The translations under genes were made by a program, and so were the position numbers. From positions 654 to 64,653 of the forward strand of contig JBHLME010000005.1 of NCBI GenBank assembly GCA_048938445.1: a DNA stretch of 64,000 nt, in the 5' to 3' direction. The notes below the pieces were generated by a model. It was given only the letters and a program-made list of their open reading frames with translations. It was not told the DNA's origin and did no database searches. Below, one piece after another: positions 49,869 through 59,411 of the stretch. Source of the stretch: Promethearchaeota archaeon. Lineage in GTDB: Archaea > Asgardarchaeota > Lokiarchaeia > Sigyniarchaeales > SOKP01. Position 1 is the first letter of the stretch; each line of letters starts with the position of its first letter.

Positions 49869-50981
49869 TTAAATATAACTAAATCGGTGTGAAGGAGTTT
49901 TATTTATTTTTCCTTTGATATCATTATTTAACTCATATTTACAGTTTGGGCATTGATTATTATCTGCTATATCTATTTTTTTAAAACTATAACCTGCTCT
50001 ACTTATGAGCAAATGATTACAATTAGGGCAGTAGGTATTGCTTCCATCCTTATGTCTTATATTACCAATATAAGGAAAATATAATCCCGTCTTCTTAGCA
50101 ATATCATATGCCATGTCTAGAGTTGTAGCAGATGTTCTTTCCTTTGATGGCATTTTAAAGTCTGGATGATATGCCGAAAAGTGGGTGGGAGTATTTTTAC
50201 CCAAGTTTTCCACTATCCACACACAGAGCTTTTTAATATCCTCATGACTATCATTCAAACCAGGTATTACCAAGTTTGTTATTTCGACGTGAATTCCATT
50301 TGACTTAAATCTTTTCGCAGTGTCTAAAACAGGTTGGACGGATTTTACACCACAAATTTTTTTGTAAAAATCATCTGACATGGCTTTAATATCGATATTT
50401 GCCGCATCTATCCCCACTTCAATTAACTCTTGAGACGCTTCTGGTGTGGAATATCCATTTGTCACGAGTATGGTTTTAATATCTTCTTCCTTTAATTTCT
50501 TGGTCACATCTATGACCCATTCATGCCAAATTAATGGTTCATTGTAAGTAAAAGCTAAAGTTTTTGCCTTGCTATTTAATACTTTTTTAACTAATTGGTC
50601 TACCGTCATTTCCGTTAATGACATGTGCCGATTTTCATAACCTTCAAAATCATAAGATCCATTCCTTCCGTCATCTGATGGATTTGCTTGACTTATTGAC
50701 CAATTTTGACAATTAGAACAGCGAAAAGAACATCCAATCGAAGCAATAGAGTAAGCTGTTGCACCAGGCCAGAAATTATAAAGTGGTTTCTTTTCAATAG
50801 GATCCAAACTTCCTGATGAGATCATTGAACCATAAATTAATGAAAAAAGCTCTCCTTGTATGTTCTTCCTTGTTCTACATGTTCCCACATTTCCCTCCGT
50901 AATTATACACTCATTTGCACAGACCCTACATTTTACTTTTTTATTTTCAAGAGCATTCCATAATCTTGCTTTAATTTTCAA
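49869..50981 (-). CDS. amrS: AmmeMemoRadiSam system radical SAM enzyme
   Basis: 370 aa. Has KVKCRVCANECIITEGNVGTCRTRKN, DPIEKKPLYNFWPG and the CSFRCSNCQNW (CxxxCxxC) cluster. C-terminal CPNC...CPNC zinc ribbon. Confidence 0.75.
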   Translation of the reverse strand: MKIKARLWNALENKKVKCRVCANECIITEGNVGTCRTRKNIQGELFSLIYGSMISSGSLDPIEKKPLYNFWPGATAYSIASIGCSFRCSNCQNWSISQANPSDDGRNGSYDFEGYENRHMSLTEMTVDQLVKKVLNSKAKTLAFTYNEPLIWHEWVIDVTKKLKEEDIKTILVTNGYSTPEASQELIEVGIDAANIDIKAMSDDFYKKICGVKSVQPVLDTAKRFKSNGIHVEITNLVIPGLNDSHEDIKKLCVWIVENLGKNTPTHFSAYHPDFKMPSKERTSATTLDMAYDIAKKTGLYFPYIGNIRHKDGSNTYCPNCNHLLISRAGYSFKKIDIADNNQCPNCKYELNNDIKGKINKTPSHRFSYI

Positions 50982-51099
50982 ATTGAAATGTCCTCTTCTT
51001 TTATATTTTCATGAGACTTAAATATTAAATAGATAAATTTTTTTATATTCTTTTTAGTTCATTACTAAAAGAAATTATTGATTGAAAATACAAAATTAA

Positions 51100-52035
51100 G
51101 TGAATTGGAATATTCAAATTAGAAAAGACCTAGAATTAACAAGAGAAGAGATTGAAAGTTTAATTGAAGAAAAGAAGAATTTGCTAAATGAAATCGAGTC
51201 CCAATTAGGAAAAGGATCAAATTACTTTAGTGAATTAAGCGAAATGGCTTTATTACAACTAGAAATAGAACAATATAATGAATCAGAAAATAATTTTTTA
51301 ACATGTTTAAGCTTTTTTAAAAAGCAAAATGACAGATTAGGTCAAGCAGCAGTTTTGGGCGTTATGGGTACTTTATATTTAAAAAAAGGAGCTTATTCTA
51401 GCTCAATTGATTCTTACGAGAATGCGAGAAGAATTTATGAGGAATTAAAACAAATTAAAGAACAAATTACCTGTTTAATGGGTATCGGAAATGCCCTAAT
51501 GAAATTAAACCGTTTACAAGAAGCGTGTGATAGTTATTTAGAATGTGCTGCGATTTGTTCCGATAATAATGACATGTATGGTTTGTTAGATTGTCTTGGA
51601 AATTTAATATACATCCATGAAACTCAGGACAAGTGGGATGTTGTTTATGAATTATATAAAAAAACACTAAAAGCATTTAAGGAATTACATGATATCCAAG
51701 GGATCATTACTTCTTATTTTAATTTAGGACTTTTGCAAAAAAATAAAAATAGAGAAGAAGCTTTAAGATATTTTAAGAAAGGAACAAATTATGCAATTGA
51801 TGCTAACTATTCAGACCTGATAATAAAAGGTTTAAGTTATGTTGCAGAGACCTTATTTTATTTGGGTAATATACGAAAAGCGAAAGATCAATTAATAAAA
51901 GCATTATTTTTAGCAGAAAATGTTAATGCAAAAAATGCTACATTACAAATTAAAATCCTGTTAAAATCTTTTGGTTTGAACGATGAAGATATAGATAATG
52001 AATTAGATTTATATAAAAATAGCAAGAAAAACTGA
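51100..52035 (+). CDS. TPR repeat protein
   Basis: 311 aa, with repeated 34-residue helical units (AAVLGVMGTLYLKKGAYSSSIDSYENARRIYEEL etc). GTG start. Confidence 0.6.
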   Translation: MNWNIQIRKDLELTREEIESLIEEKKNLLNEIESQLGKGSNYFSELSEMALLQLEIEQYNESENNFLTCLSFFKKQNDRLGQAAVLGVMGTLYLKKGAYSSSIDSYENARRIYEELKQIKEQITCLMGIGNALMKLNRLQEACDSYLECAAICSDNNDMYGLLDCLGNLIYIHETQDKWDVVYELYKKTLKAFKELHDIQGIITSYFNLGLLQKNKNREEALRYFKKGTNYAIDANYSDLIIKGLSYVAETLFYLGNIRKAKDQLIKALFLAENVNAKNATLQIKILLKSFGLNDEDIDNELDLYKNSKKN

Positions 52036-52097
52036 AGAAATAAATATCATCATTTTTATAAATAAATTAGATAATAAAAAATTCAAATTCAGTAAAA

Positions 52098-53510
52098 ATG
52101 ATAAAATATTGTCCTTATTGTGATAAACCAATCGAAGAAACTGATAAATATTGTAATTATTGTAAAAAACCATTAGTTTCCTCTATTCCACGTAAAGATC
52201 CTCCTATTGATAAGAGCTTGCATCCTTATACTTATATGCAGAATGATGAGGTTACGTATGAATACAATGATATTATTGATGATGAAAGGATAGAACAACA
52301 AATTAAGGAAGTTAATAAAAAAATTGAAAAAGGACAAGATCTTGGTGAATCAATAGGTAATTTGCTTTTAATAAAAGCCTCTCTTTATTATCAAAAAAGG
52401 GACTTGAATACCGCATCGAAAATATTAGAAATTGCTTTAAACAGCTTTAAAAATGAAAATAATTTGGTAAATGTTGCGATTTGTCACAATGAACTTGGCT
52501 TAATTCAGGAAGATTTAGGATATTTTGACAATGCAATATTTCAATTTGATAGAGCTATTGAATTACTCAAACAAATTAATGATACCAATCGATTATTAAA
52601 AGTATATAATAATATTGCTAATATTTATTTTTTAATTGAAGATTTAGAAAATTCATATGAATTTTATCAAAAAGCGATAACTCTAGCAAGAGAAGAAAAT
52701 TTAATATTAGAAGAGGTTAAATCATCAAGCAATCTTGTTGATGTTTTATTTCTCTTGAATGATTATGAATTCATTGGTAAAATTTTAGATAGGAATGCGT
52801 TCATATTTAATCAAACGGGTAATATTAATGGAACAATTAATACTCTGATTAAATATGGAAAATTAAACTTCAATTTAGGGGAAAAATTTTACGATAAAGC
52901 TATAAAACTATTAAATGAGGCTCTTGATCTAATTCATAAAATAAGTACTAATTTGAATCCATATAATAGAGCACGCATGATGTGGGAAGGTCAATATCTC
53001 CTTGGTAAAATATATTTGAAATTAGATGATTATAAAATTAGCGAAAATTATTTCCAACAAAGTCTTGAATCCCTAAGAACATTTGAACTTGGTGACAGTA
53101 TTGATCAAGCAGCGGTTTTAGAAGAATTAGGTAATTTATTTTATCTCAAAATGGAATATTCAAAAGCAATTGAATATTTGGATTTATCTGTCGAGATTTA
53201 TCATAAATTTGGTAAAGATCAAAAAATAGGGTTAATTAAAGATCAAATAGGGCAAATAATAATCGATTCAAATGGAGATCAATTGGAAGCAATTCGATTT
53301 TTTGAAGAATCTTTAGAAATGTTTGAAAAGTTAAATTATGAAAAAAAAGTAGCAGACATGTTACAGAAATTAGGGGATGTATATATTAATAGCGGAATGA
53401 TTGAACTTGCCATTGATAATTTTAAAAGGGCAAAAATTGTATATCAAGAATTGAAAGATGATTATAACGTGAATCTTATAGCTGAAAAAATTTATTCTTT
53501 AGAAAATTAA
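52098..53510 (+). CDS. zinc-ribbon plus TPR repeat protein
   Basis: 470 aa. N-terminal CPYCDKPIEETDKYCNYCKKPL, then many TPR-like units. Confidence 0.65.
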   Translation: MIKYCPYCDKPIEETDKYCNYCKKPLVSSIPRKDPPIDKSLHPYTYMQNDEVTYEYNDIIDDERIEQQIKEVNKKIEKGQDLGESIGNLLLIKASLYYQKRDLNTASKILEIALNSFKNENNLVNVAICHNELGLIQEDLGYFDNAIFQFDRAIELLKQINDTNRLLKVYNNIANIYFLIEDLENSYEFYQKAITLAREENLILEEVKSSSNLVDVLFLLNDYEFIGKILDRNAFIFNQTGNINGTINTLIKYGKLNFNLGEKFYDKAIKLLNEALDLIHKISTNLNPYNRARMMWEGQYLLGKIYLKLDDYKISENYFQQSLESLRTFELGDSIDQAAVLEELGNLFYLKMEYSKAIEYLDLSVEIYHKFGKDQKIGLIKDQIGQIIIDSNGDQLEAIRFFEESLEMFEKLNYEKKVADMLQKLGDVYINSGMIELAIDNFKRAKIVYQELKDDYNVNLIAEKIYSLEN

Positions 53511-53512
53511 AT

Positions 53513-54385
53513 TTAAGAAATAAACGTTTCTATACCGAATGCGATAATTGGGAGAAAAACCAAACATAAAATAATTTCAAAAACGCAGAATATAATCCAA
53601 AATATCTTGACGTGTTTAATTGGATATTTTTTATATTCAATGAAGGCTAATATTGAAATAGACCACCATATATAATGTGGAACTTGAAGTAATAATAATA
53701 CCATTTCAGAACCCAATGTATTATTAGCATTTATTCCGGTGCTAGTCAAATAAGAAATACCCATAATCATTACTACTCCTATAAGGGCCGGAACTTGATT
53801 CCATCTTATTTTTTTTTCAAAAATTAGATTGACTAAATATAAAAGACCAAATGCAATAATTGATGTTATTTTATAAAAAGCAAGAAATAGGAATAAAGGG
53901 CTATACCATTTATCTCTATATTTTTGATACATGAATAAAGCAAATGCAATCCAAATATTCGTGTTAAAAAGCATCGACCACCAGAATACCATTATAATAT
54001 TACCATATATCCACCATTCTTGATAGATTCCTCTAATGTTTTTTAGAATTAAATAGAACATAAGGAATGTAATGATTAAATGAATTGAAAAGCTAATTGG
54101 AAATGGTAATAGCATCCAAAAACATATGATACAGAAATAATTGAGATAAAAATACCCCTCAATCTGAAATAAATTGATAATATTATCTTCATATAGATTT
54201 TCTCCAGTTAACCAAAATTTTTGGACTGCATTATAGAAATAGTAAAAATCATGTCCAGGATTATATCCATTAAAATATCTAAAAAAACTTGTAATGATTC
54301 CAATTATAAACACTAAAACCATTATTGCTAAAAAAATCACAATGATCTTCTTATTCAAACCATCTTTAGTGTCGATTTCTGTCAT
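53513..54385 (-). CDS. polytopic membrane protein, possibly GT-C/DUF2029-like glycosyltransferase
   Basis: 290 aa with about 9 TM. The first loop HDFYYFYNAVQKFWLTGENLYE resembles the D-x-x-x-Y...G..lY loop of DUF2029/GT87 enzymes. Shorter than typical members. Confidence 0.35.
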   Translation of the reverse strand: MTEIDTKDGLNKKIIVIFLAIMVLVFIIGIITSFFRYFNGYNPGHDFYYFYNAVQKFWLTGENLYEDNIINLFQIEGYFYLNYFCIICFWMLLPFPISFSIHLIITFLMFYLILKNIRGIYQEWWIYGNIIMVFWWSMLFNTNIWIAFALFMYQKYRDKWYSPLFLFLAFYKITSIIAFGLLYLVNLIFEKKIRWNQVPALIGVVMIMGISYLTSTGINANNTLGSEMVLLLLQVPHYIWWSISILAFIEYKKYPIKHVKIFWIIFCVFEIILCLVFLPIIAFGIETFIS

Positions 54386-54447
54386 ATATTGTCAATATTC
54401 CGCTTTAATTTTGTCATTTTGGGGGAATTATCTTAAATTAATAAATA

Positions 54448-55095
54448 CTAATCATCAAAATCGAAATCCTCAGCTCTATAAACTTTTGGTTCTCCAAATT
54501 CTTTAAAACCTAATCCTTTTATAAACGCTTCTGATACTTTGTTATCTTTATAAACTTCACATCGAAGCTCTTTAACACCTTTCTCTTTAAAATAATTCCA
54601 ACTGGCCATGCCAAGAACAGTTCCTAAACCCTTCCTTTGGAATCGTGGTAAAATACCAAGTCCTGCGATGATACCAATTTCGTTATTATTACCTTCAAAA
54701 TCTAATATTATAAATCCTCCATCAATTCCATATACCTTACCAATCAGAATAATACAGTTTGGATCTTCAAAAATTTCAATAAAATCATCTATAGACATTG
54801 CCCGAAAAGGAGTCTGGCTCGTTAACCATGAGCGGTTGTATATCCCAACAACAATCTCCAGGTCTTCTTTTTGTGCTTCGCGAATATTTGCTCTTATGAT
54901 ATTATGCTCGATCTTTTGTTTTAATGAATCTTCAAATTCTTTGGAGATATCTTCAACGGGTAAGCGCATTTGAATGTAAACCATTCCTTCTTCGAGAAGT
55001 TCATCTTTATCTTCTTTAGCTTCATCATATTCTGCTTGAAGTGCTAAAAGGAATGCTTTAACTCTTTTTCTTTTAAGTGATTTTGAAGTTCTCAT
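54448..55095 (-). CDS. GNAT family N-acetyltransferase
   Basis: 215 aa. LPRFQRKGLGTVLG is acetyl-CoA-binding motif A. Charged N-terminal extension. Confidence 0.75.
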   Translation of the reverse strand: MRTSKSLKRKRVKAFLLALQAEYDEAKEDKDELLEEGMVYIQMRLPVEDISKEFEDSLKQKIEHNIIRANIREAQKEDLEIVVGIYNRSWLTSQTPFRAMSIDDFIEIFEDPNCIILIGKVYGIDGGFIILDFEGNNNEIGIIAGLGILPRFQRKGLGTVLGMASWNYFKEKGVKELRCEVYKDNKVSEAFIKGLGFKEFGEPKVYRAEDFDFDD

Positions 55096-55119
55096 TATGA
55101 TGATTATTATCTTATTTCT

Positions 55120-56751
55120 TTAAATTAAAGATTTTAGATTTTCTCGCATTTCGCTTTCAACTTCATCAGTTAATAAGTTTTTATATCTTAATGCAGAAAT
55201 TCCCATCATAATTTTTTTTTGCAGGTTAACATCATTAAGTAAGTTTTTATTTTCACTTGAAAACTCAAAAATCGATCTCAATTTCATGTCCTCCTCAATT
55301 TTTTCAAGTAGATTCTCTCGCAATTGTTTAAAATCTTCAGATATCTCTTCATATAAAACATTTTTATCACCAAGGAACCCTGGAAAGATTACGGACATTC
55401 TTTCTTCCATCATTTCTTCATCTTCAAAGAACATTGCATAGACAGGCATGTAAATCCATTTTATTGGCATGGAAAAGAATTCTGATTTGCTATCATCAAC
55501 CGACCATTTTTTTAATTCTTCAGATTCTTTATAACATTGCTGTTGCTTATTTTGAACTATTTGTATGATTTGAGCCTTTAAATCCTCAATTTGGATTTTT
55601 AAATTTTCCAGACCAGAGATTTCATCAAGTTTTTCCTTTTCAAATTTTATTCTTTGTTTTTCATTATCATCTAATTGAGATTGTATCGAATCCTCATAAT
55701 TTTTGAGATCTTTCTCTGCTTGAGCATCTATTTCGATAGCTTTCTTTTCAAATTCATTATATTTTATTTCAAATGAATCTAATGAATCCAAAAATATTTG
55801 TCCTTGTTCTCTTAAATAATTAAAATGAGCTTTGAATTTTGGTAAGAGTTCCTCAAAAATCTTAGATTTTAAAGATTCTTCTCGAACATAGAATTTATTT
55901 GTTTTTAAAATGTCTTCTAAACTTCTTTCTATAGTTTTAAAAAGTGTTGAGATATTTTCAATTACTTTTTTTTTTTCATTAATTCTCCATTGATCACTCT
56001 TATCAAATTCATCATACTTTTTCTTTTTCGCTTGAGTATTTTCAATACTTGATTCTACTTTTTTGATTTGTGAATTATATCTGTCCTTAATATCCGATAA
56101 TTTAACGTTTACATTAGTTAATAGTTTTTCAATTGTATCATCAATCAAGTCATAAATAGTTTTCCATCTATATCCATTAGATTTCATAGTTTCAATAGTC
56201 GTTCTAAAGTGTTCTGAGATATCTAATGCTTGATCTGTGTTTAAAGTAGCATTTAAAGGCATGTATTCTTTAATTGGTTTATATCTAATACCTCGCATTA
56301 GTAATAACAAGGATTGTAAAAATTCGGGATTAATTATTCCTTCTATCTTAAGATCTTGATATTCTGATTCTTCACCCGTGCTTAATTCTTTTGCTTCGGC
56401 ATCTTTATATGTAAGAATTTCAATTATTTTGTTTAATTGCTCAATTTCAGTTTTATTATCTATATTTCTCAAAACATGACCGATCAATGGTTGCCGTGGC
56501 CAATTAGAAAATCTACCTATTTTTTGAAATAGTAACAATCCATCAATTATAATGTGTGTGGAAATTACTCCAGGTACAGTCAAGAAAGGCCATAATAGCC
56601 GGGAAAAAGAGATTAATTTCTCACTACTTTTTTTATTGCGGTTTAATAAAAAATAAGCTAAGCACAACTCCTCATTTTCTCCTAATTCTGGTAAGGAACC
56701 ATCTTTTCTTATTAAAAACGGTAAAAGGTTTTGTTCTCCATGTATTGACAA
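55120..56751 (-). CDS. large coiled-coil protein with globular N- and C-terminal regions
   Basis: 543 aa. N-terminal ~110 aa (SFSRLLWPFLTVPGVISTHIIIDGLLLF), a charged heptad-like middle of about 300 aa, and C-terminal KWIYMPVYAMFFEDEE. No family recognised. Confidence 0.45.
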   Translation of the reverse strand: MSIHGEQNLLPFLIRKDGSLPELGENEELCLAYFLLNRNKKSSEKLISFSRLLWPFLTVPGVISTHIIIDGLLLFQKIGRFSNWPRQPLIGHVLRNIDNKTEIEQLNKIIEILTYKDAEAKELSTGEESEYQDLKIEGIINPEFLQSLLLLMRGIRYKPIKEYMPLNATLNTDQALDISEHFRTTIETMKSNGYRWKTIYDLIDDTIEKLLTNVNVKLSDIKDRYNSQIKKVESSIENTQAKKKKYDEFDKSDQWRINEKKKVIENISTLFKTIERSLEDILKTNKFYVREESLKSKIFEELLPKFKAHFNYLREQGQIFLDSLDSFEIKYNEFEKKAIEIDAQAEKDLKNYEDSIQSQLDDNEKQRIKFEKEKLDEISGLENLKIQIEDLKAQIIQIVQNKQQQCYKESEELKKWSVDDSKSEFFSMPIKWIYMPVYAMFFEDEEMMEERMSVIFPGFLGDKNVLYEEISEDFKQLRENLLEKIEEDMKLRSIFEFSSENKNLLNDVNLQKKIMMGISALRYKNLLTDEVESEMRENLKSLI

Positions 56752-56844
56752 TATTAGTCACCAAATTAAGGTGTATCTTTAATTAAACATAAAAATGTAA
56801 TAAAAAAATCTTTTCTATCAATATAAATCTATAAAAATAAAATC

Positions 56845-57693
56845 TTACTTTAATTCTGAAACGCTATTAGCAAGTACAAATAGTATCAATGAGACTATTA
56901 TGAACAATGGTGGGATATACGATTTTATGTGAGGCCAATTTAGAGAGTTAAAAACTCCGTCTAATATTCTACCCGCAAAATACATTAGAAATGCTACACC
57001 ATTTAATAAATATGATTTTCTAAGAACTCCAAAGGTTTTATAAGCTAAAAGCAGAAACATGAAAGGTATTAGAAATACAAGTAAAGGAAGTAATATCCAA
57101 TTCAACCATAATCTACCTATTGGATAACCAAAAATGGTAATTAATTCAATAGGTGGGTAAAAATATGTAACATTAGTCTCAACATCCATTAGTAGATTAT
57201 CTGGTAAAATTAATGCTAGGATTCCTACTATTACAGGTATAATCATTAGGATGATTCTTATGGCTAACCTTCTTTTATCATTGTTCAAAAATTTAATTAT
57301 TGCTTTTTTAATTTGATTTTTCTCTGTTATTTCTCTATTTTTATCTACAATTGTTGGAAGTAGAAGAATTCCTAACACTCCAACAGCAAAAGAAATCCCA
57401 ATCCATGTGAAGAAGGTTGCTAATCGGTAACAATACATTAATGCTTCACCTGTTTCGGGACTCACACCCTGTGCTGGCACAAAGAAGTATAACATTTGAA
57501 AAAAGTATCTACCTATTGCCAAACTAATAAATATATTCCCAAAGAATAACCAGTACGTCTTTTTTGAATTTCTATACTTGAGAAAAATGAAATAAAAGGA
57601 AATAAGCACGTAATATCCAAGAATAATGCCATAAAGCATCAATTCAATACCTTCCCAATTTGATAAATCCAGGTTAATGTCTTGTCCTAACAT
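56845..57693 (-). CDS. 7-TM membrane protein, distant relative of 711..1457 and 1631..2359
   Basis: 282 aa. First helix is followed by KYRNSKKTYWLFFG (compare RYFRFKNKQIIYIG). Later FGVLRKSYLLNGVAFLMYFAGRILDG compares with FMRDTFKSVS...ATLDGW. Confidence 0.5.
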   Translation of the reverse strand: MLGQDINLDLSNWEGIELMLYGIILGYYVLISFYFIFLKYRNSKKTYWLFFGNIFISLAIGRYFFQMLYFFVPAQGVSPETGEALMYCYRLATFFTWIGISFAVGVLGILLLPTIVDKNREITEKNQIKKAIIKFLNNDKRRLAIRIILMIIPVIVGILALILPDNLLMDVETNVTYFYPPIELITIFGYPIGRLWLNWILLPLLVFLIPFMFLLLAYKTFGVLRKSYLLNGVAFLMYFAGRILDGVFNSLNWPHIKSYIPPLFIIVSLILFVLANSVSELK

Positions 57694-57834
57694 TATATTT
57701 ACAACAAATTATTTTTTTTTTCAATTATAAATTATATTATATTATTATTATTTAATATTTTAGATATTGGTAGGTCAAACTACTAATATTATCTTTAATT
57801 TTTTTATATATTAAAAATATGTTTTGATGCCTTT

Positions 57835-59337
57835 ATGATAATTGAAGACAATATTGAAACATTTAATTCACTTTTAAAACGGCGTGGATTCATTTGGGGT
57901 CCTTCACCGGAAATATATGGTGGACTAGCAGGATTTTATTCATATGGACCAGCCGGAATGGCTTTAAAGAATAATATTCTATCTCTTTTTAGACGAGAAC
58001 TTCGAGCGTTTGGATTTGGAGAAGTTGAATGTCCTACCATAATGCCAGAAATAGTATGGAAAGCATCGGGGCACCTAGAGCGTTTTATCGATCCTGTATT
58101 GAAATGTAATAAATGTGAAACATTACACAGGGCGGATAAATTTCTCCAAGAATTTTTTCCAGATCTCATGATAGATGGTATGTCATATGATAAAATGCAG
58201 GATTTAATCTATAAGAACGAAATAAAATGTCCCAAATGTGATACTCCCTTTGGTAAAATTGAAGAATATAATCTAATGTTGAAGACCCAAGTGGGCGCGG
58301 GTACTATTGCCTATCTACGGCCTGAAACAGCAACAACAACATATTTACTTTTTAATCGTTTGGATCAAGATGCTCGAAGGCAATATCCTGTAAAAGTTTT
58401 TCAATACGGAAAAGCTTATAGAAATGAAATATCACCAAGACAGCAAGTTCTACGAATGAGGGCATTTGACCAATTTGAACTTCAATTATTTATCGGTAAG
58501 GATCAAGAAATGAATTATGAGGATTATGATGAGATAAAAACCTATAAAATGCCTTTATTAGATTGGAAACTTCAAGACAAAAATATTGATACTCCAAACA
58601 TGATTTCTTCAGAAGAAGCACTAAAATCAAAAATTCTTAAAAAACCAGCTTATGCCTACTGTCTCTATCTTGGATATCATTTAACTAAAATATTGGGGTA
58701 CCCTGATGATGTAATAAGATTTCGTCAACACTCCCCTAATGAAAGAGCACATTATGCAGATGATGCATGGGATTTAGAAATTAAAACAACTCAGTTTGGT
58801 TGGGTTGAAATATGTGGTATACATGATCGAACGGATTATGATCTGAGGAGACATGGGGAATATTCCAATCAAAATTTTGAGATCCCTATGGGACAAGATC
58901 CAAAAGAAAAAGAAATCCCTCAAATTTTAGAAATTGCTTTTGGTCCCGATAGAATAATTTATACTCTTCTTGAGTGCACCTTTAATGTTGAGGAAGTTGC
59001 AAAAGGATCCCGGATAGTTTTAAAACTAATCCCAGAGCTTGCACCAAATTCTGTCGCCATATTTCCACTGAAAAGAAATGATGAGCAATTAAGAAATCTT
59101 GCAAAAAATATTCATAAAAACCTAACAAAAGAACGAATTATTTCTTTTTATGATGAAAAAGGAGCTATTGGAAAACTTTATAGAAGACAGGATGAATTAG
59201 GAACTCCTTTTTGTATTACAGTTGATTATGAATCATTTAAAGATAATACTGTAACAGTAAGAGATAGAGATACAATGGAGCAAATAAGAGTTGATATAGC
59301 TAATTTATCAAATCATATAAAAAAAAAAATCAAATAA
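57835..59337 (+). CDS. glyS: glycine--tRNA ligase (archaeal/eukaryotic alpha2 type)
   Basis: 500 aa. Has RRGFIWGPSPEIYGG..GFYSYGPAG, YLRPETAT, class II motif 2 YRNEISPRQQVLRMRAFDQFELQLF, and a C-terminal anticodon-binding domain (GTPFCITVDY). Confidence 0.9.
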   Translation: MIIEDNIETFNSLLKRRGFIWGPSPEIYGGLAGFYSYGPAGMALKNNILSLFRRELRAFGFGEVECPTIMPEIVWKASGHLERFIDPVLKCNKCETLHRADKFLQEFFPDLMIDGMSYDKMQDLIYKNEIKCPKCDTPFGKIEEYNLMLKTQVGAGTIAYLRPETATTTYLLFNRLDQDARRQYPVKVFQYGKAYRNEISPRQQVLRMRAFDQFELQLFIGKDQEMNYEDYDEIKTYKMPLLDWKLQDKNIDTPNMISSEEALKSKILKKPAYAYCLYLGYHLTKILGYPDDVIRFRQHSPNERAHYADDAWDLEIKTTQFGWVEICGIHDRTDYDLRRHGEYSNQNFEIPMGQDPKEKEIPQILEIAFGPDRIIYTLLECTFNVEEVAKGSRIVLKLIPELAPNSVAIFPLKRNDEQLRNLAKNIHKNLTKERIISFYDEKGAIGKLYRRQDELGTPFCITVDYESFKDNTVTVRDRDTMEQIRVDIANLSNHIKKKIK

Positions 59338-59411
59338 AAAAAAAAATTATTTAATCAAGAAATCTTTTTATAATAAATCGAAATTATAGATACATAAATA
59401 GAGAATTATTA

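Noticed and set aside
54608-54973. 121-aa plus-strand ORF inside the GNAT gene
   Set aside because: It is antisense to a GNAT with an intact acetyl-CoA motif and has no features of its own.
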